Shown here one piece after another: positions 48,284 to 62,356 of a stretch of 64,000 nucleotides of DNA. The position numbers and the translations under genes are program-made. The stretch covers positions 176,948,001-177,012,000 of the forward strand of contig OZ024741.1 of the NCBI GenBank assembly GCA_964016885.1, read 5' to 3'. This DNA is from Eledone cirrhosa. Taxonomy: Eukaryota. The notes under the pieces are model-generated. The model worked only from the letters and a program-made list of their open reading frames with translations, searched no databases and was not told where the DNA came from. Position 1 is the first letter of the stretch, and each line of letters opens with the position of its first letter.

Positions 48284-49255
48284 TGTGTGTGTAGAAGTAA
48301 CAGTATATATTTACGAACATAATTGTGTGCTGTCTGTGACAAAACTGTAACATACCTCTTCGATAAATCTAGAATGGTCGAAATATGTTGCATACTAAAG
48401 GATATATAAACACTCGTGTGCACATAATAAAGCAAATAATTTGTGAGCAGTACCCCAGGATGGCAATAGCATAGACGGATAAAACGAATAATAGTAAAAA
48501 AAAAAATGACCAATTTAACAACGTTTTCATAATATAGATGCTTATAAACCTCCCATAGGAAATATATTGGCAGAGGTAGTCATTTCACACGCCATTTAAA
48601 AGTATTTTATTTATAAATTCCACTCAACATCATATTATTCAATAGCGTAACAATATAAAAAAATACTGATAGAAGTAAAAATATACATCTAAAAATAAAA
48701 CGACTTATAAACATACATTCTACCCCGATGGCCTTTTAATAAGAGGGAGATAGGAAAAGGAATATTTCGTTTCAATTTAGTCAAATTCATTGAACTGCGT
48801 AATTCAAACAAGTTTCAGTAGATGCCAATCTAAACTAAAAACGTTGAAGCATGACAATGACACTGAATAGATATACCATTTGAATTATATATATGATATA
48901 AATATCAGAACAAACGACATCTGATGATATTTATATAGGGATTTTAAGTAGAAATAGACATATAAATGATAAATCACATTTTAGTCGTAATAATCGTAAT
49001 AGTAAAAATATTCAGAGACGCAATTGTCATCGGTATACAATTGATTGTGTTTGTTCCATCCAAAAATATAAACACAGTTCGCTGCAAAACTGAATATACA
49101 CATAAAATGAAATGTCTCATATATCATTGTATTCTTGCTTTCTATAATCACATTCATATGTAAATCAAACCGAATTTCAATGAGCATTATTGCAAACAAA
49201 CATAAATGTTTGACAATGAATACATATAAATATATAATCATCTAGCCTTGTTTCC

Positions 49256-49288
<33 letters not shown>

Positions 49289-51961
49289 CGCGCGTGTGTG
49301 TGTATGTGTGTGTATGTGTCTGTATAAGTGTTTATATGTGTGCGTGTGCGTGTGTGGCGGGGGGAGGGGCGTATGTTATTGTCCGTTTACAACATTACAA
49401 CGTAAATTCAAGTTTCAATTCTCAGCTAGCCTAAGTTATCAAGGGGAATTAAGGTACTAAACTATAATTGTCGAAAATATGTTAACCTTCGAGTTTTACC
49501 TACATGGTAAAATGATTTAAATGATAGAATATTGATTTCTGATTTAGGTACAGATATCCTAGATAATGTTTATATTAAAGTTATTAACTATTAGTGAAAA
49601 GCTAAACTAATGTTAATTAAATTTTGTTAATTGTTTCCTTTACAGCAAACCATAATAGAGACCCTATTATATTTTTCAGAGGCTGTCGTCTGTTCATAAG
49701 AACATAATTCCTTATATCAATCTTGCTGCGAATAGGATTTAGTATCTGAATTGGTTCCAACATGCTATGGCCAATGTGTTCATAGATTGTAGCTTAATGG
49801 GGGAGATTGGACAAAGTCCTCAGAGTGTTCGGTAGAAAACATACTTTATTCATTCTGAATCTCTCTGCTCTGATTTAAGATATCGCCAAAGTCAACTTTG
49901 CATTTCATGGTTTCGAGGTGGATAAAAACAAATCTAGTATTGGAGTAGATTCTTCTTTTATATCCTTTCCTCATTCCCTATATATATATATCACACTCCC
50001 TTCATCGCTAGAAGAATTCAGATGTATTCCGACCTGGAGAGAGATGGTCTCTTCCTGGTTTAAAATGCACAAAGTACATCCAATGACACAACAGAACTCC
50101 TACAAATTCATCAGGAATTAAGTGTCCATACATTCATACATACATTTTGCAGCATCTAAGCTAGCAATTCTGTTGTTATAAGGTTACGAACTTATTGTGT
50201 TTAGAAATGTTGTCCACACTCAATATTTAGCTGTGAACACTTCTATAAGCACACTAAACTCTTTTTCTGTTAGCGTTACCTAAATGTCTATTTAAAAAAA
50301 AACAACTTTTTATTAGACATCAATCACGATCCCTGTGTAGGCTAGAAGCGAATGATTTATTTTACATAAAACATCCTTATTTGTGTTCTCAAACTCTTTT
50401 TCTTATTCTATTTCTATGGTATATGTCCCTCTTTCCCTTTATCTTTCATTGTGTCTGTTCAACTTTCATATTGATAAAGACTGATATATCATTTATTTTA
50501 GTTATGTTCAATTCTTCTCTTATGGTTGTAGTGCTCATTATTTGCTTGGGCAAAATACACTGTATTAGTAAATTTGGAAAACAAAAGTTGTCTTTTGCGA
50601 TTGATATAGCGACTGCATATATTATCTGAGTTAACCTAGTGATATTCATGGCCACATTTGTCTTAACTACAACTAAAATGAACTGGCCGTGTTTCTTTTC
50701 CCATTGTTCTTTACTATTTTATCTCTACGCTGTATATTTAGGAATCTATAGATTTCGATTCTTTAAATATTCTTCTCTTGATTATAATCATAGTCAACCG
50801 TTTCATCTTCAGTACTTTCGATTCTAAAATGTCTCACATACCCGTTTCTGTTTGTACTTTTGTTTGTGTAGTTTAGGTTCGGCGATTATTGGTTAATATT
50901 GTGTTGATTTGATATCTGTTAGATTGTTATTCACTGGGTATGATTTATGCGTCTAATGTTGGTAATTTAATATTTTTTTTTTTTGGCTTTTGTCTTCTTT
51001 TTAGTCATACATTTCAATGTATGATATCCTTTGATGTATTGTAAAGTGTCTTCTGGCAGAATGTAATATGTGTGGATCCAAAGTTTCTTTAGGATAAGGG
51101 TTATTTGTATCCAGATATTATACGTGCTAGATGTTATAAGATATCGGGTGTAGAGTATTGCAAGAAGATATACTAGTAACACTAATGAGATGGAAATATA
51201 TCCCGCTCATGACAATATATATTCAGTGTTTGTTTATATTTTGGTTGTGAGAACTGAAGATTAAAAACCGACTGTGCATTTATTAATACTAATAATGTTA
51301 CCTGCCGAGGTTAAAATTGCCTTTCATCCTTACGGGGTTAATAAAATAAAGCACCAGTAATTCACTGGGATAATTGCTAGCCTTGTGAAAAAATTAGATA
51401 CAATTGTTATTCTTTCCTGGATGCCAACACATTTGCTTTTTTGCCGATGCAGTATACCGCATATTCTATGTTTTTTTTATTATTTTCACGCACTACATTG
51501 GATGTAAGCATTTATTTTGAACATTGGGCCGAACGGTTTCAGTTTCATTATTTTGATAATTTCTTTCTCTTTTGGTCTTCTGCTAAATATCTTTAGAATT
51601 AATTTGTCTATTTGTGTTTTTAAAGGTGGGCGCTAATCCTTGATGGGTACGAATAGTTCTAAAATACTAAATATGATTTTTTAAACAATAGAAATGTGGC
51701 GCCAATCACCACATGATGACATTTTTCTCACAACATAGAACAAAAGAATGAATGCTAGCCTGCTACTGAATACAAAATAAGAACACTGTTTGATTGGCTT
51801 TAGGCGATGTTTCTCCTCAACGGAATGCTGCATCTTATGCATGCTTTCACATTTAATTATTTTTTTCATTCATTCTATTTGAATACAATTTCTGTGGCCA
51901 GTCTTTATAAGACCCTCTTATGTGTGGATATTGTGTTAAATAACATATATGGTTATCATTC

Positions 51962-52007
<46 letters not shown>

Positions 52008-52041
52008 ACTTCTTCTTCTTCTTCTTCTTCTTTTTCTTCTT

Positions 52042-52230
52042 GCGGTGGATTGCGCTATCGGTAGAGTGTCGGACGCTATGCTTTGACGCATAGAGTTACG
52101 GCTTTTGCCATTCTGAGTTCAAATCCCGCCGAGGTTAACTTTGCCTTTCATCCTTACGGGGTCGATAAAATAAAGTACCAGTAATGCACTGAGTAAATTG
52201 CTGGCCTTGTGGCAAAAGTAGAAACAATTA
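52042..52230 (+). mobile_element. Meta-type SINE (partial or diverged copies also near 14930, 49800, 51297 and 56640 on -)
   Basis: Same sequence as 1697-1885. Confidence 0.85.
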
Positions 52231-52245
52231 TGATTATTAATATTG

Positions 52246-52600
52246 TTCTTTGAGTCTCAGTCATTGATCTTATTTAACGGCAAAGTTTGTTGAAATGAAT
52301 ATCAAGCCACTACCTGCAGCCTCAAATATTCAGGACGTATCGCAGGGTTCTTGCAGTTCCCAGCATGCATGCCTTTTGAAGTGTTCCAAAAAGCGGGGCT
52401 GGACTAATTTTCTTTAACCATCCTTGAAAACTCTTTGAGATAGTACCTAGGGCGTCTATGACAATCGGGACTACTTTGACTTCATGGTAATTCCAAATCC
52501 TTTTTACCTCCCACTTTCCTGGTATCGGTTGATTTTCTCCCTCTCCTTCTCTTGCACACTCGTGTCGAATGGGCAGGCCACATCCACAATCAGGCACGAT
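52246..52600 (-). mobile_element. R4/Dong-type LINE 3' fragment (second subfamily)
   Basis: PD..VVD...KWEVKRIW...VKVVPIVIDALGTI...LQKACMLGTARTLRYVL, the restriction-like endonuclease C-terminus; flanked by (TAA)-like repeats. Confidence 0.75.
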
Positions 52601-52601
52601 C

Positions 52602-52635
<34 letters not shown>

Positions 52636-52636
<1 letters not shown>

Positions 52637-55600
52637 AGTTGCATTTATCTTGCTTTATGTTCATACGAGTTATGAACAAGTCACAACCAGTGACCTCAAG
52701 AGACAACAAGGTCCGCCCTGTTCAAGAAAGAACATACATATTCACACATGCATCTTTAGTGTTTAGACTTGTGATGTACTTATATTGACAGAATCGTCCT
52801 TAGTATATGGGCAGTTCCCATTAGTACTATCTTTTGTATTTCTCCTATACGCGGGTTTCCTGGGATTTGCGATATGTAATCATTAGACCCCTTAGGTATC
52901 ATTCCCAGAGCGCCTACAACAACTGGTATTGTTTTAGTTCTCAATTTCCACATTTTTCCAATTTCTATCTCCAGGTCCTTATACTTGCTCAATTTTTCAA
53001 ATGTTTTTATAGATACATTCTTGTCTATTGGAACAGACATATCAATTAGCAGGCATACCCTCTTTTGAAAGTCTTTCAATATTATATCAGGTCTGTTTGC
53101 ATCTATTTTCGGTCTGTTTGGATGCTAAAGTTCCACAAGATTGAGATGTGATCTTTTTCAAGTATGGGAGGTGGTTGATGCTCCCACCAATTCTTTTGAT
53201 GGGGCAGGTCAAAATGCTTACACATTATCCAATGTATGTATTGTGCAGCTCTGTCATGCCTGTTTAGGTATTCGGTTGGAGCTATAGGACTGCACATTAA
53301 AATTATATGGTCAATGGTCTCTGGTTGTTTTTTGCATACACGGCATAATGGGCTGCACCCATTTTTTATTATGTTGGCCTTGGTAATTTTTTGTTGGCAG
53401 ACACTGATCTTGTGCCGATATAATCAGTCCTTTAGTCTCCAATTTCAGTCCAGAGGATGCCAACCACTGATGGGTTAAAGTTTTGTCAACATCAGGATTG
53501 TTAGCTCTTTCTGGGTATTTTCCATACAGAGGCTTTTCTTGCCATTTCTTAGCCAGTTTCTGTAGAAGTTCTTTCTTTGCAGTTACTTTTACCTGCTTTG
53601 CTTTTTCTGTGTTTTCCATTTCAGCAGTAAATGGGACTTCTGAAATCTGTAGTCCATTACTGTATCTTTGTGCATCTTTTGTAATGGAATATGATCTTTT
53701 GATGCTTTCGTGTTTCAAAACGAGTTTGATCATCCAATCATGTGATTCCCTTAGATATGTAGATAATCCAATTGTTGCAGTTTTCAACGCACTGTCTAAC
53801 TGGATTAACCCACGTCCTCCTTCTTTCCTAGGGAGATATATTCTATCTATATCTGCCTTAGGGTGATGCATTCTGTGCATGGTTAAACATTTTCGAATTT
53901 GTGTATCGAGCCTACGGATCTCTGTGCTTGACCAGTTGATGACATTGTAACTGTAGGTTACTACTGGTATGGCAAGCGTGTTTATGGTATCGATCCTATT
54001 CCTTGCATTCAATTCCGTTCTTAAGATTGCTCTTACTCTGCGGTAACATTCCTTCCTTATCCTTTCCCTCATTGTCTAGTGCTTGATTCCGTCTCCTTCA
54101 CAAACACCTAGATATTTGTAAGTTTTTTCTTGATCAAGTTCTCTTATCATGTTCCCCTGATCGTGATTAATGTCTGAACTCTTCAGCAGCTTTCCTCTGG
54201 TGAACGTTGCTTTGGCGAATTTATCTAGTCCAAACTCCATTTTAATATCATCACTGAACTGCTTCACAGTGGATAATAGCCCTTGCCCTTGTTCATCATT
54301 TTTTGCAAATAGTTTCCGGTCATCCATGTAGAACAAGTGATTAATGGTTTTGTCATAGACTTTATATCCATGTTTTGTTTCATTGAGCATTTTACTTAAT
54401 GGCATAAGTGCGATGCAGAATAAAAGCGGTGATAAAGAGTCACCCTGAAAAATTCCACAATTAATATTAACTTCTCCAGCTTCCAGTGATATTGTTTCAC
54501 TATTCAAAAGGAGAGGCGTTTTCCATGTCTTCATACTGAATGACAAAAAACCTCCTGACAACGGGGGATATTTTGAAAATCTCTAAACATTTTTCAATCC
54601 AATTGTGTGGCAAACTATCGAATGCTTTTTTATAATCTATCGAAGCAATCGATAGATTTTTGTGTCTATTATGACAATCTTCTAGTATCATTTTGTTAAC
54701 CAAAAGCTGATCCTTACAGCCATATGAGCCTCGTTTACACCATTTCTGCTCAATGGGAAATAGGTCATTTGTTATCAGGTGGTCAGTTAGGACTGATGTT
54801 AAAATGTTATACATTGTGGTCAAGCAAGTTATCGGTCTGTAATTTTGGGGATTGTTTGTCTCATCATTCTTCGGAAGCAGGAATGTAATGCCGTTAATTA
54901 GCCATGATGGTATCTTTTCTGGCTCCTTAACTATTTCATTGTAAAGTTGGGCTAACAACTCATGAGACTCTGCGAAGGCATTTATCCAAAAATTTTGTAT
55001 TTTGTCTTTTCGAGGGGATTTCCATTTGCTGGTTTTTCTTAGAGCCAAGCGCAACTGTTCAACTGTTATATTTTCCCATATTTGTTCCTCAAGGTGAGCT
55101 GTATCTTTCATTTGTCTGTCTATCCATGGGGCATGTATGTTATGAACTTTTTCTTCGGCCCAGATCTTTTCCCAGAATTCTTGCACTTCCTCCTTGGGTG
55201 GTATTGATTTAGCAGTTATTGTTGACTTACCAATTTTGCTCTAGAAGTTTCTTTGGTTGTTTTTGAACATATTATTGTCCTTATAGAATCTAGATCGTTT
55301 TTCAAAGCGCCTTATACGAGCAGCTTTGGCCGACAATTTTTGCTTGATTATTTCTATCAGCATGTCTATGTCACTTGTTGATTTTATACTGTACTTTCTT
55401 TTCAATTTTCTAAGTTTAGTTTGTTTAACATGTTCACCTACTTTATAGTTTGTTAAAATTTCTGTCAGATCGGAGAAGGTTTATTTGGCGATTGATGTTC
55501 TCTTGCCAAGTGGATTTCTTGTTGGAATTCCTTTGTTTTTCATCTTCACTCCACACAAGTGAGTGGTGAATTTAGCCGATGCATAATAGAGATGTATTAA

Positions 55601-56600
55601 ATCAGTAATGTTTAGTTTGTTTGTGATGATAATGTTTTTGAGAATTATGTTAGTCTTGTGTATTATCTTTTGGTTCTGTTTGGATCTTCTGGATCTTAGG
55701 GAGGGTGTCTCGTTGCCCCATGTCAGATTCTTTCATTTTCATCCATTTGATCATAATTTCATCCTTCAAGTTGGCTAGTTTATTCTCATTCATTTCTTTA
55801 TCATTTACGATCTCATTATTTTCATTTGGGTTTCATCTTGAGCATGCATTCCCTCCACTTTTTCGATCCTTTCTTTAATTTGTTCTGTTGCCAGTGATTC
55901 CGCCCCAACCCTGGGATTCGAAGTGTTACACTTTACCTCGTTTTCACTGACACATATTTCATTTTCTCTTCGCTGACTTTGTGCTAATAGCTTGATCTGA
56001 TCAATTTCTATATCAGTTAGTAACTTTTTTCTTACGATATTTCTTCGTATATTGGCTAGTTTGTTACTGTCAATATAGCCCCTGTTTTCGGGATGTTTCT
56101 TTTTCCAGTTGATATATGTCTGTTCTGTATTCGATGTATTTGATGGGCAGTACATGGCAGTGTAGAAATCTCAAGGACTTCTTTATTATCTTCCCTTGAC
56201 CATTTTTCTCTCTTTTTCTCTGGATTTCTTGGTGGTGAGCATGGAGGGCCAACAGTAGGAGTATTCCGGTTATGGGAGGTCTCCAGCTCCGAAGTGATGG
56301 GAAGGTTTGAACCATTAGCTGATTTTTCGACCCCTGTCTGGTTTCTCTCTGAGGGCCGCGGCCCTTTTTTACCCGGGTGACGGCCGATCCGGTATGAGAT
56401 TTTATCATTAGACATTTACTTTATTTTGTCGCGTTTTATCTTTATCCGGCAAGGGGTAATCATTTCGTGTTACCACTTCTAGAACGAGTGTCAACCAAGA
56501 CTAGAGGGGTCGTTCTCCCCTAGAGACACGGCTATTCCCCGCCGGCCGCCATCCCGGTATTTCATGGTCAAGGGGTTTTCTTTTTTGTTGTTTTTTTTAA
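52636..56600 (-). mobile_element. Near full-length R4/Dong-clade non-LTR retrotransposon (RT + restriction-like endonuclease), frameshifted
   Basis: ORF pieces 56415-52780: NYRPITCL, DYKKAFDS, GIFQGDSLSPLLF, LFYMDD, YKYLG, EGGRGL, RHD..H, PD..D..VP, EK..KY.DL, IPVVVGALG; 3' end abuts (TAA)n at 52602-52635, the known Dong target. Confidence 0.9.
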
Positions 56601-57568
56601 TTGTTATTATCATGAGTGGTTCCTTAATGTGAGCATTGCGTGGCTTAAGAATGAAATTATTAATAATTGTCTCCACTCCAGGCACAAAGCCAGCAATCAC
56701 CCAGTGCATTACAATACTATAATATACTTCTTGCTGAAGTTGCCTGTTATTGTTATTGGCTATGTCGTTGGTGGTGCTGGGGCTTTTTATATTTGTTGAT
56801 GGAGAAGGGGGAGCCAGCAGTGCCATAGTTGGTGACGTTTGGCCGGTGGCCGGGTCACTAAGTCAATCTATTTATATCTTTTGCTAGCCTCTCCCTTGTC
56901 TAGTGATACCGCCACCTTCCCCTTTCTTAAGTTAACAGGGGAATAGTGGTGGTAGCAATGAAGGAGTGGTGGCGGCGGTGATGGGATAGTGGTGGTAATG
57001 ATGGATGGAGTGGTGTCGGCGGTAGCGTTGTCGTTACTGAGTTTTGTTTGATCTGTAGTATCTATGAGTTTGTGTCGCGTATGTTTAATATATGTGTTGA
57101 CATATTCTCTTAATATTGGAATTAAACATTTTGTTAAAACTTGAGACAATAATAATAGTAATTATTATTATGATGCTGGGATTGGTGGTGGTGGTGGTGG
57201 TGGTGAAATTGCCGTTATCTGGCTGTTATATTTAGTGTACACAGCGGGGTGTTGGGGTAGGTTGTGTATCTACTTTCTGGTGTTGGTGAAATTGCTGTTA
57301 TTTGGCTGTTCTATATAGTGTAGACAGAGGGGGTTTCTTCCATTTATACCCATTTTCTTTTTTGAATATAAAATGTATAATACAAAATTGAATATTTGAG
57401 CGATATAACAATATATTATGGATCCGAATTTTTATGAGACTTGATTCGGTGATTTATTCATCATTTGTACTAAGAATTGTTATTTCACAATTGATTTAAA
57501 TATGTTAAAAATCAAAAACTTACGGGAACGATTTCATGACCTTCTACCACCATGTGCGTTATCTTCCC

Positions 57569-57639
<71 letters not shown>

Positions 57640-59930
57640 GTTGGTGAAGCCACGCTTCTTATCTCCTGCAGTTTTTATTTCAACGTTTTACCTCGTTTTC
57701 AACCCTTCTAAACCTTTTATTCAAGTTTTAAATTTGATAAAAGTTTAGAAGAATTTACCCACCTAATACAGGGGTTCACTCGTAAATAATACGGCACCCC
57801 TTTACGGGGTGTCGTATTTGTGTAAAAATATTTTTTGAAAAATATTTCAACATGGATAATACAAGAAACAGAGAGAGCGCTGTCAGACAACACAGTGAGA
57901 GGGAGACTTTATCAGCATATCAACAAGACAGCGTTCTAGAGGAAAAGAAGATTGTTACAGATTTAAAATTACCAAATATCTCTAACACAAACAACACCAA
58001 CAATAACACCAACAACAACACCAAAAACAACACCATCAATAACAACAGCAACAACAAAAATAACAGTGGTAAATTCGAGAACGACAATAACAATGACAAT
58101 AACAACAGCCACAACAACAATAATAGTAGGAACAGTATAAACAAAAACAACAATAATAACAACAGCCACAATAACAGTAACAACAGTAACAGTAGCAACG
58201 AAAACAACACCAACAACACCTACAACTGTACCAACGAAAACATCAACAATGACATCGATACCTGTAACAGCGATCTCAGCACCACCAGTAAGACCAGTAG
58301 CGGCAGCAATAGTGGTGTTGCTGAAAAAGGGACCACTTCTTTTGCAGGTGTCGCCCGAAATATCGAGACAGTGTTAGTCACAGAGGAGGAGATGGCAGTA
58401 GCAAGGGCCATGGTGACAAGAAGCGCCAATAGGGTCTCCCTGAAATCTCCACCCGATTTTTTTAACTACCAGCAGCTACGGACAGTGACTTACCGCACCG
58501 TAAGCAAAATGTCACATCGAGTGGAGAGAGCCACGGAGGCTCAAATCCAAAGTGCCTTGAGGTGCGTCTGGGCACGCAAAACCCATGTCACCAGAGGCAG
58601 AAAGTACGCCGCAGTAGACGTACTTTTCGCCACCCCCGGGAAGCAAAGTCTCACTCTTTGGAAACCCTAAAGAATGATGAGATAGTCTTGGTGCCCTCCT
58701 ATTGCGGGCAGAACATTGTGAGGGTCAAAATGGCCCAGGTCCCACGGACGTGCCCATACCTTGGCTGGCCGCGTCTGTCCTTGTTGGAATCGAGGACAGG
58801 ACGACCATCCTGCAAGTAGAGAAAATAGGGAAAGAGAACTGGTCAGGTATAGGCATGCAAATGCTTATACAAACTGACCAGGAATGTATCGACGCTATCC
58901 CCGATATCATAGACATCGAGGAAGGACTCGAACTCCCTATAAGCGTTGAAGGAAGACGGCCAAAATGTTATCTCTGTGGGTCGAGGGGACACCTAGGGGC
59001 ATTTTGCCCGCAGAAGACAGCGAATAAGGAGGCCCCTCTCCTTCGAATACCTGGTCCGCTGCTGAAGCCCCTTCCACGGTGAGTAGAATGGCAACGTCCT
59101 TGGCACCCGTACAAAGGCCACGGACAACTAAAGCAGCAGCATCAGTGGCGGCAACGCCAATAGCTACATTTGAAGTAGCTATACCAGCAACAACATTGCC
59201 GAAGAGGGCTCCACTACCACCACCAACAGCCGTGGAACACATACCCTTCCCAGATGCCACGGAATCCGACATGGAGTTTAAGGCGGGAGTGAAGTCGCAA
59301 ACGGTCTGCCACAACAAAAAAAAGAAAAAAACCCTTAGATTCACCCTCCAAAAGCGAAGGCACACAAAGAGGGGTAAAGGCAGCAAGGAAACTTGCAGCA
59401 ACACCAACATCATCACCATCACTACCACAAGCACTACTGACAACCATAACTAAACCAACACCAGCATCACCAAAAACACCAACAACGCAAACAAAACAAA
59501 ACACACACACAAAACAGCAACAAGAAGAAAACAGCAACAAAATCACCCCCCCCCCCCCCCCCCAAAAAAAAAAGATCACAGCCATAAACATGGCAAAAAA
59601 AGAACTCATACAATATATAAAGCAGCACACAAACATCACAGAAAAAAACTACTACACCCCACCAACACCAAGAACTCTCCCGACAAACATAAGCATCATT
59701 GAAATCTCAATAGAACAATACAAACCTTTAAAACAAAAATTGCCCAACGCAGTTGGAGACTTCAGAGGGTTGGTTACCAAGAGGATATACACTGACGTCC
59801 TCTTGGAATCACCCATGACCAGCCAAATGGACGGTTCTACTGTCCCTTCACCAAACAATCAAGGTAAGTGACCCTTTCTCACTTGCCCCGTTTCTCATCC
59901 AACATGGCGGTACTCAGAATAGGCAATAAA
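57640..59930 (+). mobile_element. L1/Tx1-type LINE 5' part: frameshifted ORF1 with Asn-rich N-terminus and CCHC knuckle, truncated at the ORF2 start
   Basis: 57852-58670 and 58702-59082: VEGRRPKCYLCGSRGHLGAFCP; probable ORF2 start CCAACATGGCGGTACTCAGAATAGGC (MAVLRIG) at 59904. Confidence 0.65.
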
Positions 59931-59933
59931 AAT

Positions 59934-62200
59934 GCAGTAAATGGAACTTCTGAAATTTGTAGTTCATTACTGTATCTTTGTGCATCTTTTGTAATGGAGT
60001 ATGATCTTTTGATGGTTTCATGTTTCAAAACAAGTTAGATCATCCAATCATGTGATTCCCTTAGATATGTAGATAATCCAATTGTTGCAGTTTTCAAAGC
60101 AATATCTAACTGGATTAATCCACGTCCTCCTACTTTCCTAGGGAGATATGTTCTATCTGTATCTGCCTTAGGGTGATGCATTCTGTGCATGGTTAACAAT
60201 TTTCTAATTTTTGTATCGAGCCTACGGATCTCTGTGTTTGACCAGTTGATGACATTGAAACTGTAGGTTACTACTGGTATGGCAAGCGTGTTTATGGCAT
60301 CGATACTATTACTTGCATTCAATTCCGTTCGTAAAATTGGTCATACTCTGCGGCAACAGTCCTTCCTTATCCTTTAACTCATTGTCGAGTGCTTGAATCC
60401 GTCTCCTTCACAAACACCTAAATATTTGTAAGTTACCTCTTGATCAATTTCTCTTATCACATTTACCCGATCAAGATTAATGTCTGAACTTCTCAGCAGC
60501 TTTCCTCTGATGAACGTGGCTTTGGCGCATTTGTCTAGTCCAAACTCCATTTTAATATCATCACTGAACTGCTTCACAGTGGATAATAGCCCTTGCAATT
60601 GCTCACCATTTTGCAAATAGTTTCAGGTCATCTATGTAGAACAAGTGATTAATCGTTTTGTCATAGACTTTATATCCATGTTTTGTTTCCTTGTGAATTT
60701 TATTTAATGGTATATGTGCGATGCAGAATAAAAGCGGTGATAAAGAATCACCCTGAAAAATTCCACAATTAATATTAACCTCTTCAGCTTCCAGTGAAGT
60801 TTTTTTTTAATATTCAAATGGAGTGTCGTTTTCTATGTCTTCATACTGAATTTACAGGAACCTCCTGACACCGGGAGATATTTTGAAAATCTCTAAACAC
60901 TTTTCTTCAATCCCACTGTCTGGCAAACTATCGAACGCTTTTTTGTAATCTATCCAAGCAATTGATAGATTTTTGTGTCTATTGTGACAATCTTCCACTA
61001 TCATTTTGTTAACCAAAAGCTGATCTTTACAGCCATATGAGTCTCGTTAACGCCCTTTCTGCTCATCGGGAAATAGATCATTTGTTATCAGGTGATCATA
61101 TGTATATTTATTTAGGTCTGATGTTAACATTTCATACATTGTGGTCAAACATGTTATCGGTCTGTAATTTTTGAGATTGTTTGTCTCATCACTCGGAGGT
61201 AGAATGTAATTCCGTTCATCATGGCATCTTTTCTGGCTCGTTAACCATTTCATTGTAAAGTTGGGCTAACAGCTCATGAAACTCTGTTAAGTCACTTATC
61301 CAAAACTTTGGTATTTTGTCTTTCTCTGGGGATTTCCATTTGCTGGATTTTCTAAGAGCTAAATGCAAATATTCAAGTTATATTTTCCCATGTTTGTTCC
61401 TCAAGGTAAGTTGTATCTTTCATTTGTCTGTCTATTCATGGGGCATGTATATCATGAACCTTTTCTTCGGCCCAGATCTTTTCCCAGAATTTTTGCACTT
61501 CCTCCTTGGGTGGTATGGATTTAGCAGTTATTATTGACTTGCCCATTTTTCTGTAGAAGTTTCTTTGGTTGTTTTTGAATATATTATTTTCCTTATAGAA
61601 TCTAGATCGTTTTTCAAAGCGCATTATACAAGCAGCTTTGGCCGACAGTTTTTGCTTGATTATTTCTATCAGCATGTCTATGTCACTTGTTGATTTTATA
61701 CTGTATTTTCTTTTCAATTTTCTAAGTTGAGTTTGTCAACATGTTCACCTATTTTGTAGTTTGCTAAACTTTCTATGTCAGATCGGAGAAGTTTTATTTG
61801 GCGATTGATGTTGTCTTGTGAAGTAGGTCTTTTGTGGGAATTCCTTTGTTTTTTTTCCTTTTCACTCCACATAAGTGAGTGGTGACTTTAGCTGATGTAT
61901 AATAGAAAGGATTGAGATCAGTAATGTTTAGTTTATTTGTGATGATAATGTTTTTGAGATTGATGTACTATCTTTTGGTTTTGTTTGGGGTTCTGAATCT
62001 TAGGGAGAGTGTCTCGTTCCCCCATGTCTGATTCTTTCATTTGCATCCATTCGATCATAATTTCATTCTTCAATCATAATACGATCATGAATTCATTCCT
62101 TTTTTTGATCATTGACGGTCTCATTGTTTTCATTTTGTGTTTCATCTTTAGCATGCACTCATTCCACTTTTTCGATCCTTTCTTTAATTTATTCTGCTGT
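59934..62200 (-). mobile_element. Second, more decayed R4/Dong copy, truncated at both ends
   Basis: Colinear with 53623-55890 (GLLSTVKQFSDDIKMEFGLDKCA, NYRPITCLTT, KVGGRGL); ends at (AGT)n 62202-62355. Confidence 0.88.
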
Positions 62201-62202
62201 CG

Positions 62203-62276
<74 letters not shown>

Positions 62277-62308
62277 CGTAGTAGTAGCAGCAGCAGCAGC
62301 AGCAGTAC

Positions 62309-62356
<48 letters not shown>

